Source: Synechococcales cyanobacterium VAR_4_metabat_354
GTDB taxonomy: Bacteria > Cyanobacteriota > Cyanobacteriia > Cyanobacteriales > Chamaesiphonaceae
Direction: 5' to 3'
Assembly (NCBI GenBank): GCA_031414775.1
Contig: JANOQI010000041.1
Location: 64,001-128,000, forward strand
Length of the DNA: 64,000 bases
A program made the translations under genes and the position numbers. Of this stretch, positions 1 to 10,504 are shown one piece after another; position 1 is the stretch's first letter; each line of letters starts with the position of its first letter. Below the pieces are notes generated by a model. It searched no databases, was not told the DNA's origin, and saw nothing but the letters and a program-made list of their open reading frames with translations.

Positions 1-1
1 G

Positions 2-499
2 CAAGAACAACTCAATCGGCTCAATGAGCTGTTGATTCAATCCCATCGTCAAGAGCCTCAACAGCTTTTACCGACAATGGGCCAGGTTAGCTATAAAAGA
101 CGTAAGGCTGGGGCGGTAATCTTAGCGGCAGCATTTGGTACTGGAGTGGTGGTTCTGAACCCATTGTCAAATACTGAGCTGGCTAAACAAATATTCATTA
201 CGCTCGCTGATGTGGCAATGTATATCATGCTTTGGGATATTTATTTTGATGAAAAACTAGCCCAGAAAAATCTCCAGTCAATCTTGTCAGAACTTTTTGC
301 TATTACGTTGAGTAGCATTTTTACAGCTTACGTTTTGGCTAAAGGTATTACGGTTTCCATAAACTATCTGACTAATGCTTTAGGTTCGATCGGCTGGCCT
401 GTTTCTAGTGTTTTGGCAACGTTTGCTACTGGCTTGTTGGGATTAGGATGGGCATCTTATTGTGATGATTGGTATCGCAATTCTCAATCTAAAAAATAA
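2..499 (+). CDS. C-terminal part of a membrane protein, possibly DUF697-like; probably truncated by the window edge
   Basis: Frame is open from nt 2 (QEQLNRLNELL...) into the 32..499 ORF; hydrophobic helices with 'VVVLNPL...ADVAMYIMLWDIY', resembling the C-termini of the two DUF697 GTPases in this window. Confidence 0.5.
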   Translation, partial: QEQLNRLNELLIQSHRQEPQQLLPTMGQVSYKRRKAGAVILAAAFGTGVVVLNPLSNTELAKQIFITLADVAMYIMLWDIYFDEKLAQKNLQSILSELFAITLSSIFTAYVLAKGITVSINYLTNALGSIGWPVSSVLATFATGLLGLGWASYCDDWYRNSQSKK

Positions 500-507
500 A
501 AGTTTAA

Positions 508-1434
508 TTGAATTATCGATTTTCTTACAGCCTATATCAACGTCAGTTTCGCCAAGCGCTAGCAACTAGCCATGGTGAATGGGCAGTGCGGGAGGGTCTG
601 ATCATCCGTTTACAAGCACCTCACAGTGATATTTACTGGGGTGAAATTGCGCCGATCCCCTGGTTTGATTCCGAGACAATCAGTGCCGCTCAGGATTTTT
701 GTCAGTCTTTAGCTGGTCGGTGGACAGAGAACATTGAGATACCAGATCACCTGCCAGCTTGTCAGTTTGCCTGGAGTGCGGCTCTTAAGTATGGTCGAAA
801 CTGGGCAATTCATTGGACAATGAATCGATCGATCGATCCCTGCTGGAGTGTGTTGTTACCAGCTGGCCGTAAAGCGCTCACTAGTTGGCAAACCTTTTGG
901 GCACAAGGGCATCGCACCTTTAAATGGAAAATTGGGGTGGAGTCGATCGATCAAGAATTAGAAATCCTCTCGAAACTAGTATTGCCCGCCGGAGCCAAGT
1001 TAAGGCTGGATGCTAACGGTGGTCTCAGCTACGAACAAGCCACCATCTGGCTCAGGCAATGTGAGACTCTGCCCCATATTGAATTTATCGAGCAACCGCT
1101 GCTTGATCTAAAAGACATGCTGAAACTAGCCGATCGATATCCAACACCACTGGCTCTAGATGAATCGGTTAGTAATTTAGCAAGATTGCAAAGCAGTTAC
1201 CAACAAGGCTGGCGGGGGATTTTTGTGATTAAACCGGCTATTGCTGGCCATCTTGATCAGCTGGCCGATTTCATTCACCAGCAACAGCTAGATGTAGTTT
1301 GCTCTACTAGTATCGAGAGTCCGATTGGTCAGAGTGCGATTATCCAGTGGGCACAGGAGCAAGGATTCGATCAACGTGCCATGGGCTTTGGTGTTCAGCA
1401 TTGGTTCACCGCCGATTTCGACCCGACAATTTAG
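508..1434 (+). CDS. menC: o-succinylbenzoate synthase
   Basis: Enolase-superfamily motifs FKWKIG, LRLDANGG, FIEQP, LALDESV, VIKP; TTG start. Confidence 0.9.
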   Translation: MNYRFSYSLYQRQFRQALATSHGEWAVREGLIIRLQAPHSDIYWGEIAPIPWFDSETISAAQDFCQSLAGRWTENIEIPDHLPACQFAWSAALKYGRNWAIHWTMNRSIDPCWSVLLPAGRKALTSWQTFWAQGHRTFKWKIGVESIDQELEILSKLVLPAGAKLRLDANGGLSYEQATIWLRQCETLPHIEFIEQPLLDLKDMLKLADRYPTPLALDESVSNLARLQSSYQQGWRGIFVIKPAIAGHLDQLADFIHQQQLDVVCSTSIESPIGQSAIIQWAQEQGFDQRAMGFGVQHWFTADFDPTI

Positions 1435-2573
1435 AACACCTGCAAACTCTGTAAAACTACCTGTTCAGCACTCAAATTTTTGCCCTGGATCAACACGCTA
1501 AATCCGCCTAAGCCATTTGGGTCAATCAGCTGATGAAGGGCTTGTCGCTGCTGTAACGTAGACATTACATCAGTACTATTGTTAGTGACTTGAGCGATGC
1601 GATCGGATAGCCCTAAAGCCATCAAAAATAGTCCTTGCTTCGTCAATCCAATTTGCTGTAATCCAGCCGCTGCTCCTTGGCGAATTAGACTACTAAAATC
1701 CACATGGGCGGTTAAATCTTGGTTGCCAATGTGAACGTAAGGATCATTGTGATGACGGTGCTGGTAATAGCATTGCAAGGTGCCTTGATCACGCATCGGG
1801 TTGTAATAACGATCGGCACTATAGCCATAGTCAATCAATAGTAGATAACCACAGCGTAGCTTGGGTGCGATGGTCTGAATCAAACCTAACGCCGCTAAAT
1901 TCACCTCCGTGCGATAACCAGCGGCGTAGCCACCGATATCGATATGAGCCTGCCCAAAATACTTCAGCAATTCAGTTGTAGATAACTCGGCCACCTGCTC
2001 CACGAGCTGCTGCTCAAAAATACTGATATAGACTTCTTTTAACTCACCAGCCTCCACTACTACCTGATGTACAGGCAGAGCATCAATCAGTTCATTGGCG
2101 AACACACAACCAATTAACCCCTCGTCCGGCAGTGCTGACCAGCTCGACCAGCGCACTGGCCAGTCACTTAAAAGCCGCTGCTGACTGGCCACCATGGCCG
2201 TTGCCGTCTCTATAATGATATAATCCAGACTTGCTAGTAATTCTGGCTGATGCTGCTGCCAATACCTAAGCATATCCAAGGCCAACAAACCTTGGCCGGC
2301 ACCCATTTCCACCACGGTAAACGGCTGGGGTTGACCCAATAACTGCCACATCTGAGCCACCTGAATTGCCAACAGCTCTCCATAATCTCTACCCAAATGT
2401 GGCGAAGTAAAAAAATCACCCTGACTGCCAATCCGCTGGGAACTACGCGCATAATAACCCAACTGGGGTGCGTAGAGGGCGAGTTCCATGTACTCCGCAA
2501 AGGTGATGCGCTGCTGAGGGCTAGCGAGGATTCGATCGTAAATCAACTGTTTTAGGGGCGGATGGTCAGACAT
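1431..2573 (-). CDS. SAM-dependent methyltransferase, MidA/NDUFAF7 family
   Basis: ITFAEYMELALY, GDFFTSP, VEMGAGQG, ANELIDALP, QDLTAHVDF; start set at MSDHPP. Confidence 0.9.
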   Translation of the reverse strand: MSDHPPLKQLIYDRILASPQQRITFAEYMELALYAPQLGYYARSSQRIGSQGDFFTSPHLGRDYGELLAIQVAQMWQLLGQPQPFTVVEMGAGQGLLALDMLRYWQQHQPELLASLDYIIIETATAMVASQQRLLSDWPVRWSSWSALPDEGLIGCVFANELIDALPVHQVVVEAGELKEVYISIFEQQLVEQVAELSTTELLKYFGQAHIDIGGYAAGYRTEVNLAALGLIQTIAPKLRCGYLLLIDYGYSADRYYNPMRDQGTLQCYYQHRHHNDPYVHIGNQDLTAHVDFSSLIRQGAAAGLQQIGLTKQGLFLMALGLSDRIAQVTNNSTDVMSTLQQRQALHQLIDPNGLGGFSVLIQGKNLSAEQVVLQSLQVF

Positions 2574-2608
2574 GATCGAACAAAATGAAGATCGCAAACC
2601 CTTAGATC

Positions 2609-5332
2609 ATGGCACTTGTCTTATCAACAGTGCAACAATACAAACAAAAGCTGTCCTCCTGTCCTATGCCATCTGCTGCTCTCTCCACGACCGAATTACA
2701 ACAAGCTTTTCCTTTCGACTTAGATCGGTTTCAGCTGCAAGCCATTAATGCTCTCAATCAAGGTCGATCGGTGGTGGTTTGTGCACCAACTGGTTCGGGT
2801 AAAACTCTGATTGGTGAATATGCTATTCATCGATCGCGTAAAATTGGTGGTCGGGTCTTTTATACTACGCCGCTCAAAGCGTTGTCCAACCAGAAGTTCC
2901 GAGATTTCCGGACAGAATTTGGTCGAGAATCAGTGGGTCTATTGACTGGGGATGTTTCAATTAATCGAGATGCTCCGATCGTGGTCATGACCACCGAAAT
3001 TTTTCGGAATATGCTTTACGGTACCCGCATCGGCGATGTCGGTGTTTCCCTACTCGGTGTAGATGCGGTGGTATTAGATGAATGCCACTATATGAACGAT
3101 AAGCAACGGGGCACCGTCTGGGAAGAATCAATTATTTATTGTCCCAAAAATGTCCAGATTGTGGCGCTCTCGGCCACCGTCGCCAACAGCCAGCAGCTCA
3201 CGGAGTGGATTAGTAGTGTCCATGGCCCGACTGAACTAATTTATTCTGACTACCGCCCGGTACCTTTACAATTTCACTTTGCCAGTCCCAAAGGTCTTTT
3301 CCCCCTCTTAGATAATAACTCTAACCAGCTTAATTCTAAACTCAAATCGCATCAGCCCAAGGGTTCTCGCAAACGGGAGGATGTTCCTAGTACTGGCTTC
3401 ATTGTCGGTAAACTAGCCGAACGCGAGATGCTACCGGCGATCTTCTTTATCTTCAGTCGTAAAGGTTGCGACCAAGCGGTCAACGATATGAGTATCATGA
3501 ACCTGATCAATAGAGAGGAAGAAGCACTCCTCCGCGACAAGATCGATCGGTGGCTGCGTAAAAACCCCGAAGCTGTTCGCCACGGTCAAGTCGAGGCTCT
3601 ATATCGGGGTATTGCTGCTCATCACGCCGGTATTTTGCCAGCCTGGAAAGTGTTGGTAGAAGAGCTGTTTACTCAAGGTTTGATCAAAGTGGTGTTTGCC
3701 ACTGAAACCCTGGCAGCGGGTATCAATATGCCTGCCCGCACTACTGTAATTTCTAGCCTGTCCAAGCGTACCGATGTTGGCCACCGGCTGCTAACGGCTT
3801 CCGAATTCCTGCAAATGTCTGGTCGTGCTGGCCGCCGAGGCAAAGATGTGATTGGCCATGTGGTAACAGTGCAGAGTCGCTTTGAAGGTGCCGCTGATGC
3901 TGCTCATTTGGCCACTTCACCTGCCGATCCACTAGTGAGCCAGTTTACACCAACTTACGGCATGGTGCTCAACTTACTCCAGACTCATACCTTAGACGAA
4001 GCCAAAGAATTAGTTGAAAGTAGTTTTGGCCAATTCACTGCCAACTCTGTTCTCCAGCCGCAACAGGTGGCTATCAAAGAAGCTGAGCGTGAGCTAAATC
4101 AGTTGGCATTATTACTAGATCAAGTTAATCCGGCAGAATTGGATAGCTATGAAAGTTTGAATTCTCAGATGAAGTTAGAGCAGTCTCAACTCAAGAATTT
4201 ACAGCTTTATTACGATCAGGTGCGGGTTAATCAAGTCGCCCGCCTGATGCCCAATGCCGAGCCTGGTACGATCATGAGTCTTAAGGGTAAGAATGTGCCC
4301 GTTTCTACTCCCCTACCAGCTTTGTTGGTAGCTAAAGCCAGCGGTGCCCATCGTAGTCGGTTATTGCTCTGTCTTGGTCAAGATAATCGTTGGTATGTAG
4401 TGGGAAATCAAGATGTAGTGGGCGTACATGAGCCATGGTCGGCCTATGTCGGTCGGCAGCAGGTGCCGCCAGTGGCAGCTCTATTGCCGCCCGATGATAT
4501 GCCGGTGCGCGCGGGTCAAGTTCGGAAAGGTACCGACACTACCGCTGCGATCGCCAAGCTCATTCCCCGGGTGGAGATTACCACAGTGCCGGAAGTGGCT
4601 GAGCAGATGGAGAAGATCGATCAACTAAAGCAGCAGTTAGAAAAGCATATCGTTTGGCAGTGGGGCAATCCCGCGACCTTGCTCAAACGCCATCGCCGTC
4701 GCCAGATTTTGGAGCAAGAGATTGCGGAACGCCAGAGTAAATTGGGCGATCTATTGGCGCGTCATTGGCAAGAATTTCTGAGCCTGATCGAAGTACTCCG
4801 ACAGATGGGGGGCTTGAATGACGTGATGCCAACAGTTTTAGGCGAAATAGCAGCAGCAATTCGTGGTGACAATGAGTTGTGGCTGGCTATTTGTATGTCA
4901 TCGGGCTTCTTGGATGAGTTGCCGCCTCAAGATTTGGCTGCCACCATCTGCGCTTTGGTATCGGAAACACCGCGCAATGATAGTTGGGTGAACTACGATC
5001 CACCGGAAATGATGATGATGGCACTCAGTGGTTTACGTGGTTCGCGCCGTCAGTTGTTTCAAGTCCAGCACCGTCACCGCGTTACTTTACCAGTGTGGAT
5101 GGAGTATGACATGGTGGGTTTAGTGCAATACTGGGCACTGGAAACATCTTGGGCTGAAGTGTGTGATGGCTGTAGTTTAGATGAGGGTGACATGGTACGG
5201 ATGCTCCGCCGCACAGTGGATATGCTATCGCAGATCCCTCACATTCCCCATATTTCTGATGCGCTCAAGACTACTGCCAAGCAAGCTGTGCAATTGATCG
5301 ATCGATTCCCTGTCAATGAAAAAATCGAATAG
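2609..5332 (+). CDS. helY: Ski2/HelY-like DExH RNA helicase
   Basis: APTGSGKT, TTPLKALSNQK, LDECH, LSAT, QMSGRAGRRG, C-terminal LDEGDMVR (DSHCT-like); true start may be 2666. Confidence 0.9.
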   Translation: MALVLSTVQQYKQKLSSCPMPSAALSTTELQQAFPFDLDRFQLQAINALNQGRSVVVCAPTGSGKTLIGEYAIHRSRKIGGRVFYTTPLKALSNQKFRDFRTEFGRESVGLLTGDVSINRDAPIVVMTTEIFRNMLYGTRIGDVGVSLLGVDAVVLDECHYMNDKQRGTVWEESIIYCPKNVQIVALSATVANSQQLTEWISSVHGPTELIYSDYRPVPLQFHFASPKGLFPLLDNNSNQLNSKLKSHQPKGSRKREDVPSTGFIVGKLAEREMLPAIFFIFSRKGCDQAVNDMSIMNLINREEEALLRDKIDRWLRKNPEAVRHGQVEALYRGIAAHHAGILPAWKVLVEELFTQGLIKVVFATETLAAGINMPARTTVISSLSKRTDVGHRLLTASEFLQMSGRAGRRGKDVIGHVVTVQSRFEGAADAAHLATSPADPLVSQFTPTYGMVLNLLQTHTLDEAKELVESSFGQFTANSVLQPQQVAIKEAERELNQLALLLDQVNPAELDSYESLNSQMKLEQSQLKNLQLYYDQVRVNQVARLMPNAEPGTIMSLKGKNVPVSTPLPALLVAKASGAHRSRLLLCLGQDNRWYVVGNQDVVGVHEPWSAYVGRQQVPPVAALLPPDDMPVRAGQVRKGTDTTAAIAKLIPRVEITTVPEVAEQMEKIDQLKQQLEKHIVWQWGNPATLLKRHRRRQILEQEIAERQSKLGDLLARHWQEFLSLIEVLRQMGGLNDVMPTVLGEIAAAIRGDNELWLAICMSSGFLDELPPQDLAATICALVSETPRNDSWVNYDPPEMMMMALSGLRGSRRQLFQVQHRHRVTLPVWMEYDMVGLVQYWALETSWAEVCDGCSLDEGDMVRMLRRTVDMLSQIPHIPHISDALKTTAKQAVQLIDRFPVNEKIE

Positions 5333-5671
5333 TTTGGGACGGAGTTTTCGATCGCTGCGACATCTTGCTGATGAAGCTTCTCAGACTTTTTACTGATTTG
5401 ATCCCCAAGAATTCGCTACTAGTTGGGGGCGGAAGTCTGCCAATGCGCCTCAAAGTGACTGAAGCGTAAGGCTTGCAAGAATTTGGTATGCACACTACCT
5501 GTTAGATCAGCCGTCATAAGTACGTTGATTTTTAATAGAAATCGGTGATAGTCTAGGCTGGCTTGTTGGGCAATATAAGAATTAAGCACTACCGAAAACA
5601 TGAGTTTGTCGGTGTATTTATTTTCCTTCCAGTGCTCTCTTAAATTCTTATTTGGTCAACCATCCCCAACC

Positions 5672-8600
5672 ATGCAAACTGGCTCTCGTCGATATGTTAT
5701 CTCTCCCATAGCATCAGAAGAATTCTGGCGACAACTATTGCATGGCTGTCCCGCGCCGATGCAGTTATCGGGAATAGAGAATCCGCAATTTCAGACTTCT
5801 TCCGTTAGTACTCAATCAATTCAGCTGTCCACCGCTAGTACTTTAGTATTGCAAAACTTTGCCCACACCCATCAGGTGCATTTGCGGACGCTAGTCCATG
5901 GAGCCTGGGCCTTGTTGCTGAGCCGTTACAGTGACGAAGCTGATGTGGTTTTTGGTGAACTACGAATTTGTGGGCAATCCGTCCTGCACAGTGATCAGGA
6001 TCTAACAGCTAATGCTTTCATCAATGCTTTACCGGTGAGGATTCAGGTGTCTGCTGAGCAAGTATTATTACCTTGGTTGCAGCAGTTAGAGGCCGATTGG
6101 CTGGCTGTTCAGGATCATGCCCACCTTCCTCTCGCTACCATTCAAGAATGGAGTGGCATCACCGAAACAGCTTTGTTTGAGAGTTTGGTGATCTTTGACG
6201 ATGGAGAGCTATCTATGGCCTTAATGCAACCCAGCATAACTGGGCAAGAGCTATCGGCTCAATCACAATATCCGCTCACTTTGCTGGTTCAAGCTGATGC
6301 CACAATAGATCTGTCAATTTCTTATAACTGTAGTCAGTTTGGTGCTGAATCGATCGATCGGTTGTTAGGACATCTCCAAACTCTATTGCAGAGTTTTGTC
6401 GTTGATCCGCAACAGCTGTTGGTAGCCGTGCCCTTGACCACAGCCACCGAACGCCACCAGTTATTAGTAGAGTGGAATCAAACTACTGCTGATTATCCCC
6501 GCGACCAGTGCCTTCATCAGCTATTTGAAGAACAGGTATCCCTTACCCCGAATGCCATCGCCCTGGTTTTTGAACAACAACGCATTACTTACCAAGATCT
6601 CAATCAGCGAGCTAATCAGCTGGCACATCACCTGCAATCTTTGGGAGTTGCTCCAGATGTATTGGTCGGAATTTGTGTAGAACGTTCGGTGGAAATGGTC
6701 GTGGGACTACTCGGTATCTTGAAAGCTGGTGGAGCTTATGTTCCTCTCGATCCAGCTTTTCCTCTAGAACGCCTTTCTTACATGCTCTCAGATTCCCAAC
6801 TGACGATTTTAGTAGCTCATCAAGCTTTAGTGCCGCTCTTTCCTGAGTATCAAGCCCAAGTAGTACGCATAGATACTGACTGGGCAAGTATCTCTCAGAT
6901 GAGTACTCAAAATCCCAGTAGTGTTGTAAATGTGGACCATTTAGCTTACATACTTTACACTTCCGGATCTACTGGTAAACCTAAAGGAGTTCAAATTCAG
7001 CATGGATCTACTACAAATTTCTTAAGCTCTATGAAGCTTCAGCCTGGCTTGACGGAGCAAGATATTCTAGTGGCTATTACAACTATCTCTTTCGATATTG
7101 CGGTTTTAGAACTATACCTGCCTTTGTTGGTTGGTGCGCAGGTAGTTTTGGCCAGCCGAGAAGTAGCAGTAGATGGCATCAGATTATGGCAGTTGCTTGA
7201 AGAATCTGGTGCTACCTTTATGCAATCGACCCCCGCTACTTGGCAGTTGTTGTTAGCAGTAGGTTGGACTGGTCACTCTTCGTTCAAAATTCTTTGCGGT
7301 GGTGAAGCCCTGTCCCCACAGCTAGCTAATCAGTTGGTGGGCAGATCCTCTGCTGTCTGGAATATGTATGGTCCCACTGAAGCTACTGTTTGGGCTACTA
7401 TCCATGAAATCAAAGTTTCCGATCAAATTATTGATGCTCATCGATCAGCTATCTCGGTGGGTAAACCAATCGCTAATACCCAAATCTATATTCTCGATCC
7501 CTTTCTGAAACCCGTGCCAATTGGTTTGAGAGGTGAGCTATACATCGGTGGTGTACAGCTCGCCAGAGGCTACCTAAATCTACCGAACTTGACCGCCGAG
7601 AAGTTTATTCCTGATCCCTTTAGCCGTCAACCTCACTCCCGCCTTTACCGAACTGGTGATTTGGCTCGATATCTTCCTAATGGTGATATTGAGTACATTG
7701 GTCGTATTGATAATCAAGCTAAGATTCGGGGCTATCGCATCGAACTTGGTGAAATTGAAGTTTTGCTCGCTACCCATCCAGCCATTCGTCAAAATGCTGT
7801 AATTGTGAGGGAAGACTTGCCCGGCGATAAGCGTCTTGTAGCTTACTTTGTTGTTCATGAGCAGCAGACTGCCACTATTCAAGACGTTCGTGATTTTCTT
7901 TCTCAACAATTGCCTGCCTACATGATGCCTACAGCTTTTGTTATCTTAGATGTGATGCCGCTCACTCCCAATAACAAAATTGATCGCCGTTCTTTGCCCG
8001 TTCCTACCATTGAACGATCACAATTAATAGCAGCTTTTGCAGAACCTAGAAATCAGTTGGAGAAAACAATTGTCCAGATCTGGCAACAGGTTCTGGGAGT
8101 TGACAAAATTGGGATTCATGACAACTTCTTTGAGTTAGGAGGTAATTCCTTAATTGCCGTTCAATTACTCACCAAATTAGGGAATGAGCTGGGGCAAAAT
8201 CTGTTCGTCACCACTTTTTTGAATGCCCAGACGATCTCACAATTAGCAGCGGTGCTACAAGCTCAAGATCAAGCCGTCTCTTTCTCTTGGTCATCGTTAG
8301 TACCTATTCAAACTGATGGCGATAAACCTCCCCTATTCTTGATCCATGCTGTTTGGGGGAACGTCTTGTTCTATCGCAAATTAGTGAATTATTTAGAACC
8401 AGACCAACCAGTTTATGGATTGCAAGCCCAAGGGCTAGATGGAGAAGAAACACCGAGTACTTCTATCCCCGAAATGGCTACTAAATACATTCAGGAAATC
8501 CAAAAAGTCCAGCCCGCAGGTCCTTACTATCTAGGTGGATTTTCTCTTGGGGCAGAAATAGCTTTTGAAATAACTCAACAACTACTTGCTCAAGATCAAA

Positions 8601-9130
8601 AAACTGCTTTGCTAGTAATTTTAGATAGTACTGCGCCTAAGTTCTGGCCAGTAGATACAGAGGGAGTTCAAGTCAGTGATCCTCAAAGTTGGCAAACGCA
8701 ATATCTTCAGGATTTGTTGCCATTGACATGGCCAAAACGTTTAGAGTATGTTCAAGAAAAAATGCAGTGGCACTTTACGGTAGGGAAGTTGGGCTTTCTC
8801 TATCGTAGCTATTTACAGCATATCAAGCACTCCTTGCCAGATTTATACTTACTGCAAGTTCATTTTGCTAATAACCAAGCAAGTAATGAATATGTAGCAT
8901 CAGTATATCCAGGGCATATAAATCTTTTCCTTTGCCCGGGCAATTTGTCTAGTAACAGCCCTGGCTTGGGCTGGGAAAAATTGGCATTGGGTGGATTAAC
9001 GATTTCTCCGGTACCCGGCTCTCACACTACCATCATGGAAGAGCCCTTTGTGAGAGACCTGGCAGCACAACTTACGCCGGTTCTTCAAAAAGCGCAATTA
9101 GCAACTGTAGCCCAGCAGTTAAACAGTTAA
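5672..9130 (+). CDS. Single-module NRPS-like protein: truncated condensation domain - adenylation - PCP - thioesterase
   Basis: YTSGSTGKPKG, NMYGPTE, LYRTGDL, KIRGYRIELGEIE, PNNKIDR; PCP FFELGGNSL; TE GFSLG and PGSH; N-terminus holds only the second half of a C domain; start set at MQTGSRR (ORF open from 5600). Confidence 0.92.
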   Translation: MQTGSRRYVISPIASEEFWRQLLHGCPAPMQLSGIENPQFQTSSVSTQSIQLSTASTLVLQNFAHTHQVHLRTLVHGAWALLLSRYSDEADVVFGELRICGQSVLHSDQDLTANAFINALPVRIQVSAEQVLLPWLQQLEADWLAVQDHAHLPLATIQEWSGITETALFESLVIFDDGELSMALMQPSITGQELSAQSQYPLTLLVQADATIDLSISYNCSQFGAESIDRLLGHLQTLLQSFVVDPQQLLVAVPLTTATERHQLLVEWNQTTADYPRDQCLHQLFEEQVSLTPNAIALVFEQQRITYQDLNQRANQLAHHLQSLGVAPDVLVGICVERSVEMVVGLLGILKAGGAYVPLDPAFPLERLSYMLSDSQLTILVAHQALVPLFPEYQAQVVRIDTDWASISQMSTQNPSSVVNVDHLAYILYTSGSTGKPKGVQIQHGSTTNFLSSMKLQPGLTEQDILVAITTISFDIAVLELYLPLLVGAQVVLASREVAVDGIRLWQLLEESGATFMQSTPATWQLLLAVGWTGHSSFKILCGGEALSPQLANQLVGRSSAVWNMYGPTEATVWATIHEIKVSDQIIDAHRSAISVGKPIANTQIYILDPFLKPVPIGLRGELYIGGVQLARGYLNLPNLTAEKFIPDPFSRQPHSRLYRTGDLARYLPNGDIEYIGRIDNQAKIRGYRIELGEIEVLLATHPAIRQNAVIVREDLPGDKRLVAYFVVHEQQTATIQDVRDFLSQQLPAYMMPTAFVILDVMPLTPNNKIDRRSLPVPTIERSQLIAAFAEPRNQLEKTIVQIWQQVLGVDKIGIHDNFFELGGNSLIAVQLLTKLGNELGQNLFVTTFLNAQTISQLAAVLQAQDQAVSFSWSSLVPIQTDGDKPPLFLIHAVWGNVLFYRKLVNYLEPDQPVYGLQAQGLDGEETPSTSIPEMATKYIQEIQKVQPAGPYYLGGFSLGAEIAFEITQQLLAQDQKTALLVILDSTAPKFWPVDTEGVQVSDPQSWQTQYLQDLLPLTWPKRLEYVQEKMQWHFTVGKLGFLYRSYLQHIKHSLPDLYLLQVHFANNQASNEYVASVYPGHINLFLCPGNLSSNSPGLGWEKLALGGLTISPVPGSHTTIMEEPFVRDLAAQLTPVLQKAQLATVAQQLNS

Positions 9131-9199
9131 TCGGGTTGTTATCTCGTCCCTAACCAGAATTTTGTGTATGATAAAGTTGCTGAAACTGAACATATCACT

Positions 9200-9388
9200 A
9201 TGAGTACTGCCGAAAAACCACCAGATTCTTCGATCGATATCGACCAAAAATCAGCTGATCCCGCCTTTGGCTGGACAAAATATGCCGAACAAATCAATGG
9301 ACGCTTTGCAATGGCTGGCTTTGTCTTGCTGATTGTCCTAGAGTTTTTTACTAAGCAAGACATCATTACCTGGCTAGGATTGCGCTAG
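9200..9388 (+). CDS. High-light-inducible one-helix protein (Hli/Scp)
   Basis: FGWTKYAEQINGRFAMAGF chlorophyll-binding motif; ATG at 9200. Confidence 0.92.
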   Translation: MSTAEKPPDSSIDIDQKSADPAFGWTKYAEQINGRFAMAGFVLLIVLEFFTKQDIITWLGLR

Positions 9389-9391
9389 TAA

Positions 9392-10471
9392 CTATAGCGC
9401 TCCTAATGCGCGAATTTTATAGCTACCACCACCACGTTGGCCATTAGCAGCTAAGACCAAGTAGTTTCCTGAGATCGGCAGCCGACCCTGCAAAGTTGCC
9501 AGAGTTCGTCCATCACCACCAGTTTCAGCAATCAACTTGCCTTTGGGGGAGAGCAAAATTAAGCCCGGTTTTATTTCTCGACTAGAAATGTCAATTCTGA
9601 TTCGCTGCCCCGCAACGCCCCGAAAAACATAGAGGTTGACATAACTATTGCTAGTCGGCAACATGAGATCACCACTACCCAGGCGAGCGGAAATAACCTG
9701 TCCAGTGAGTGGCAACTGTTGCACCTTAATTTTTTGCTGAGGGCGACGGGTGCTCGTATTACCTTGAGCTAAGGTACTTTTTACATTCCCCTGTTGATAA
9801 GCAGTGAGAAAAGATTGCACTCGATCGATCGAAATGGCAAATCCAATGCCAATATTGCCCGGGTTTTGGCCGCTAGCATAGATAGCAGTATTGACACCGA
9901 GCAGCTCACCATTACTATTTAGCAAAGGACCGCCCGAATTTCCCGGATTAATCGCTGCATCGGTTTGAATCAAACCTTCCTTTCGATCGATCCGACTGAC
10001 AATACCCGTCGTGAAAGTACCCTGAAACTTCCCAAAGGGATTACCAATCGCAAAAGCCCGCTGACCAACACGGGCTTTACCACTAGCAATTTTTATGGTC
10101 GGCAGACCTTTAGCTCCATCCAGCTTAATAAGAGCCAAATCTAAGCCATCATTGGCAAACCCGACAACTCTACCAGTAAACTGGCTTCGATCGGCCAGGG
10201 ATACCTGCACTGATTGTCCCTGTGACCCTTCTACAACGTGAGCATTAGTCAAAACTAGACCATCGGCACTAATGATACTGCCACTCCCCACCGCCCGGCC
10301 AACCTGAATCGAGACTACTGCCGCACTAGCTTTTTCGTATACCTGGATATTAGTTTTTTCTTCATTGTCTACAGCACTTGCTGTTAGGCATATTCCAGGG
10401 ACAGCTCCCAGCGTGATACTGATTGCCAATGGCCAAACCAGGAAGCGGTGCAGAGCAGATATTTTAGACAT
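9392..10471 (-). CDS. Exported trypsin-like (S1C) serine protease with C-terminal PPC-like domain, no PDZ
   Basis: Signal-like N-terminus; LTNAHVV, DLALIK, IQTDAAINPGNSGGPL; C-terminal YVFRGVAGQRIRI...LPISGNYLV. Confidence 0.88.
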   Translation of the reverse strand: MSKISALHRFLVWPLAISITLGAVPGICLTASAVDNEEKTNIQVYEKASAAVVSIQVGRAVGSGSIISADGLVLTNAHVVEGSQGQSVQVSLADRSQFTGRVVGFANDGLDLALIKLDGAKGLPTIKIASGKARVGQRAFAIGNPFGKFQGTFTTGIVSRIDRKEGLIQTDAAINPGNSGGPLLNSNGELLGVNTAIYASGQNPGNIGIGFAISIDRVQSFLTAYQQGNVKSTLAQGNTSTRRPQQKIKVQQLPLTGQVISARLGSGDLMLPTSNSYVNLYVFRGVAGQRIRIDISSREIKPGLILLSPKGKLIAETGGDGRTLATLQGRLPISGNYLVLAANGQRGGGSYKIRALGAL

Positions 10472-10504
10472 ACCAGTGGGCAAAACCCTTTGAATTGATT
10501 GTAA

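Noticed and set aside
5333..5600. Intergenic region and short ORFs before the NRPS, considered as a missing C-domain half, CRISPR leader or ncRNA
   Set aside because: No HHxxxDG-containing ORF in the track, no repeat-spacer array, no recognisable RNA motif
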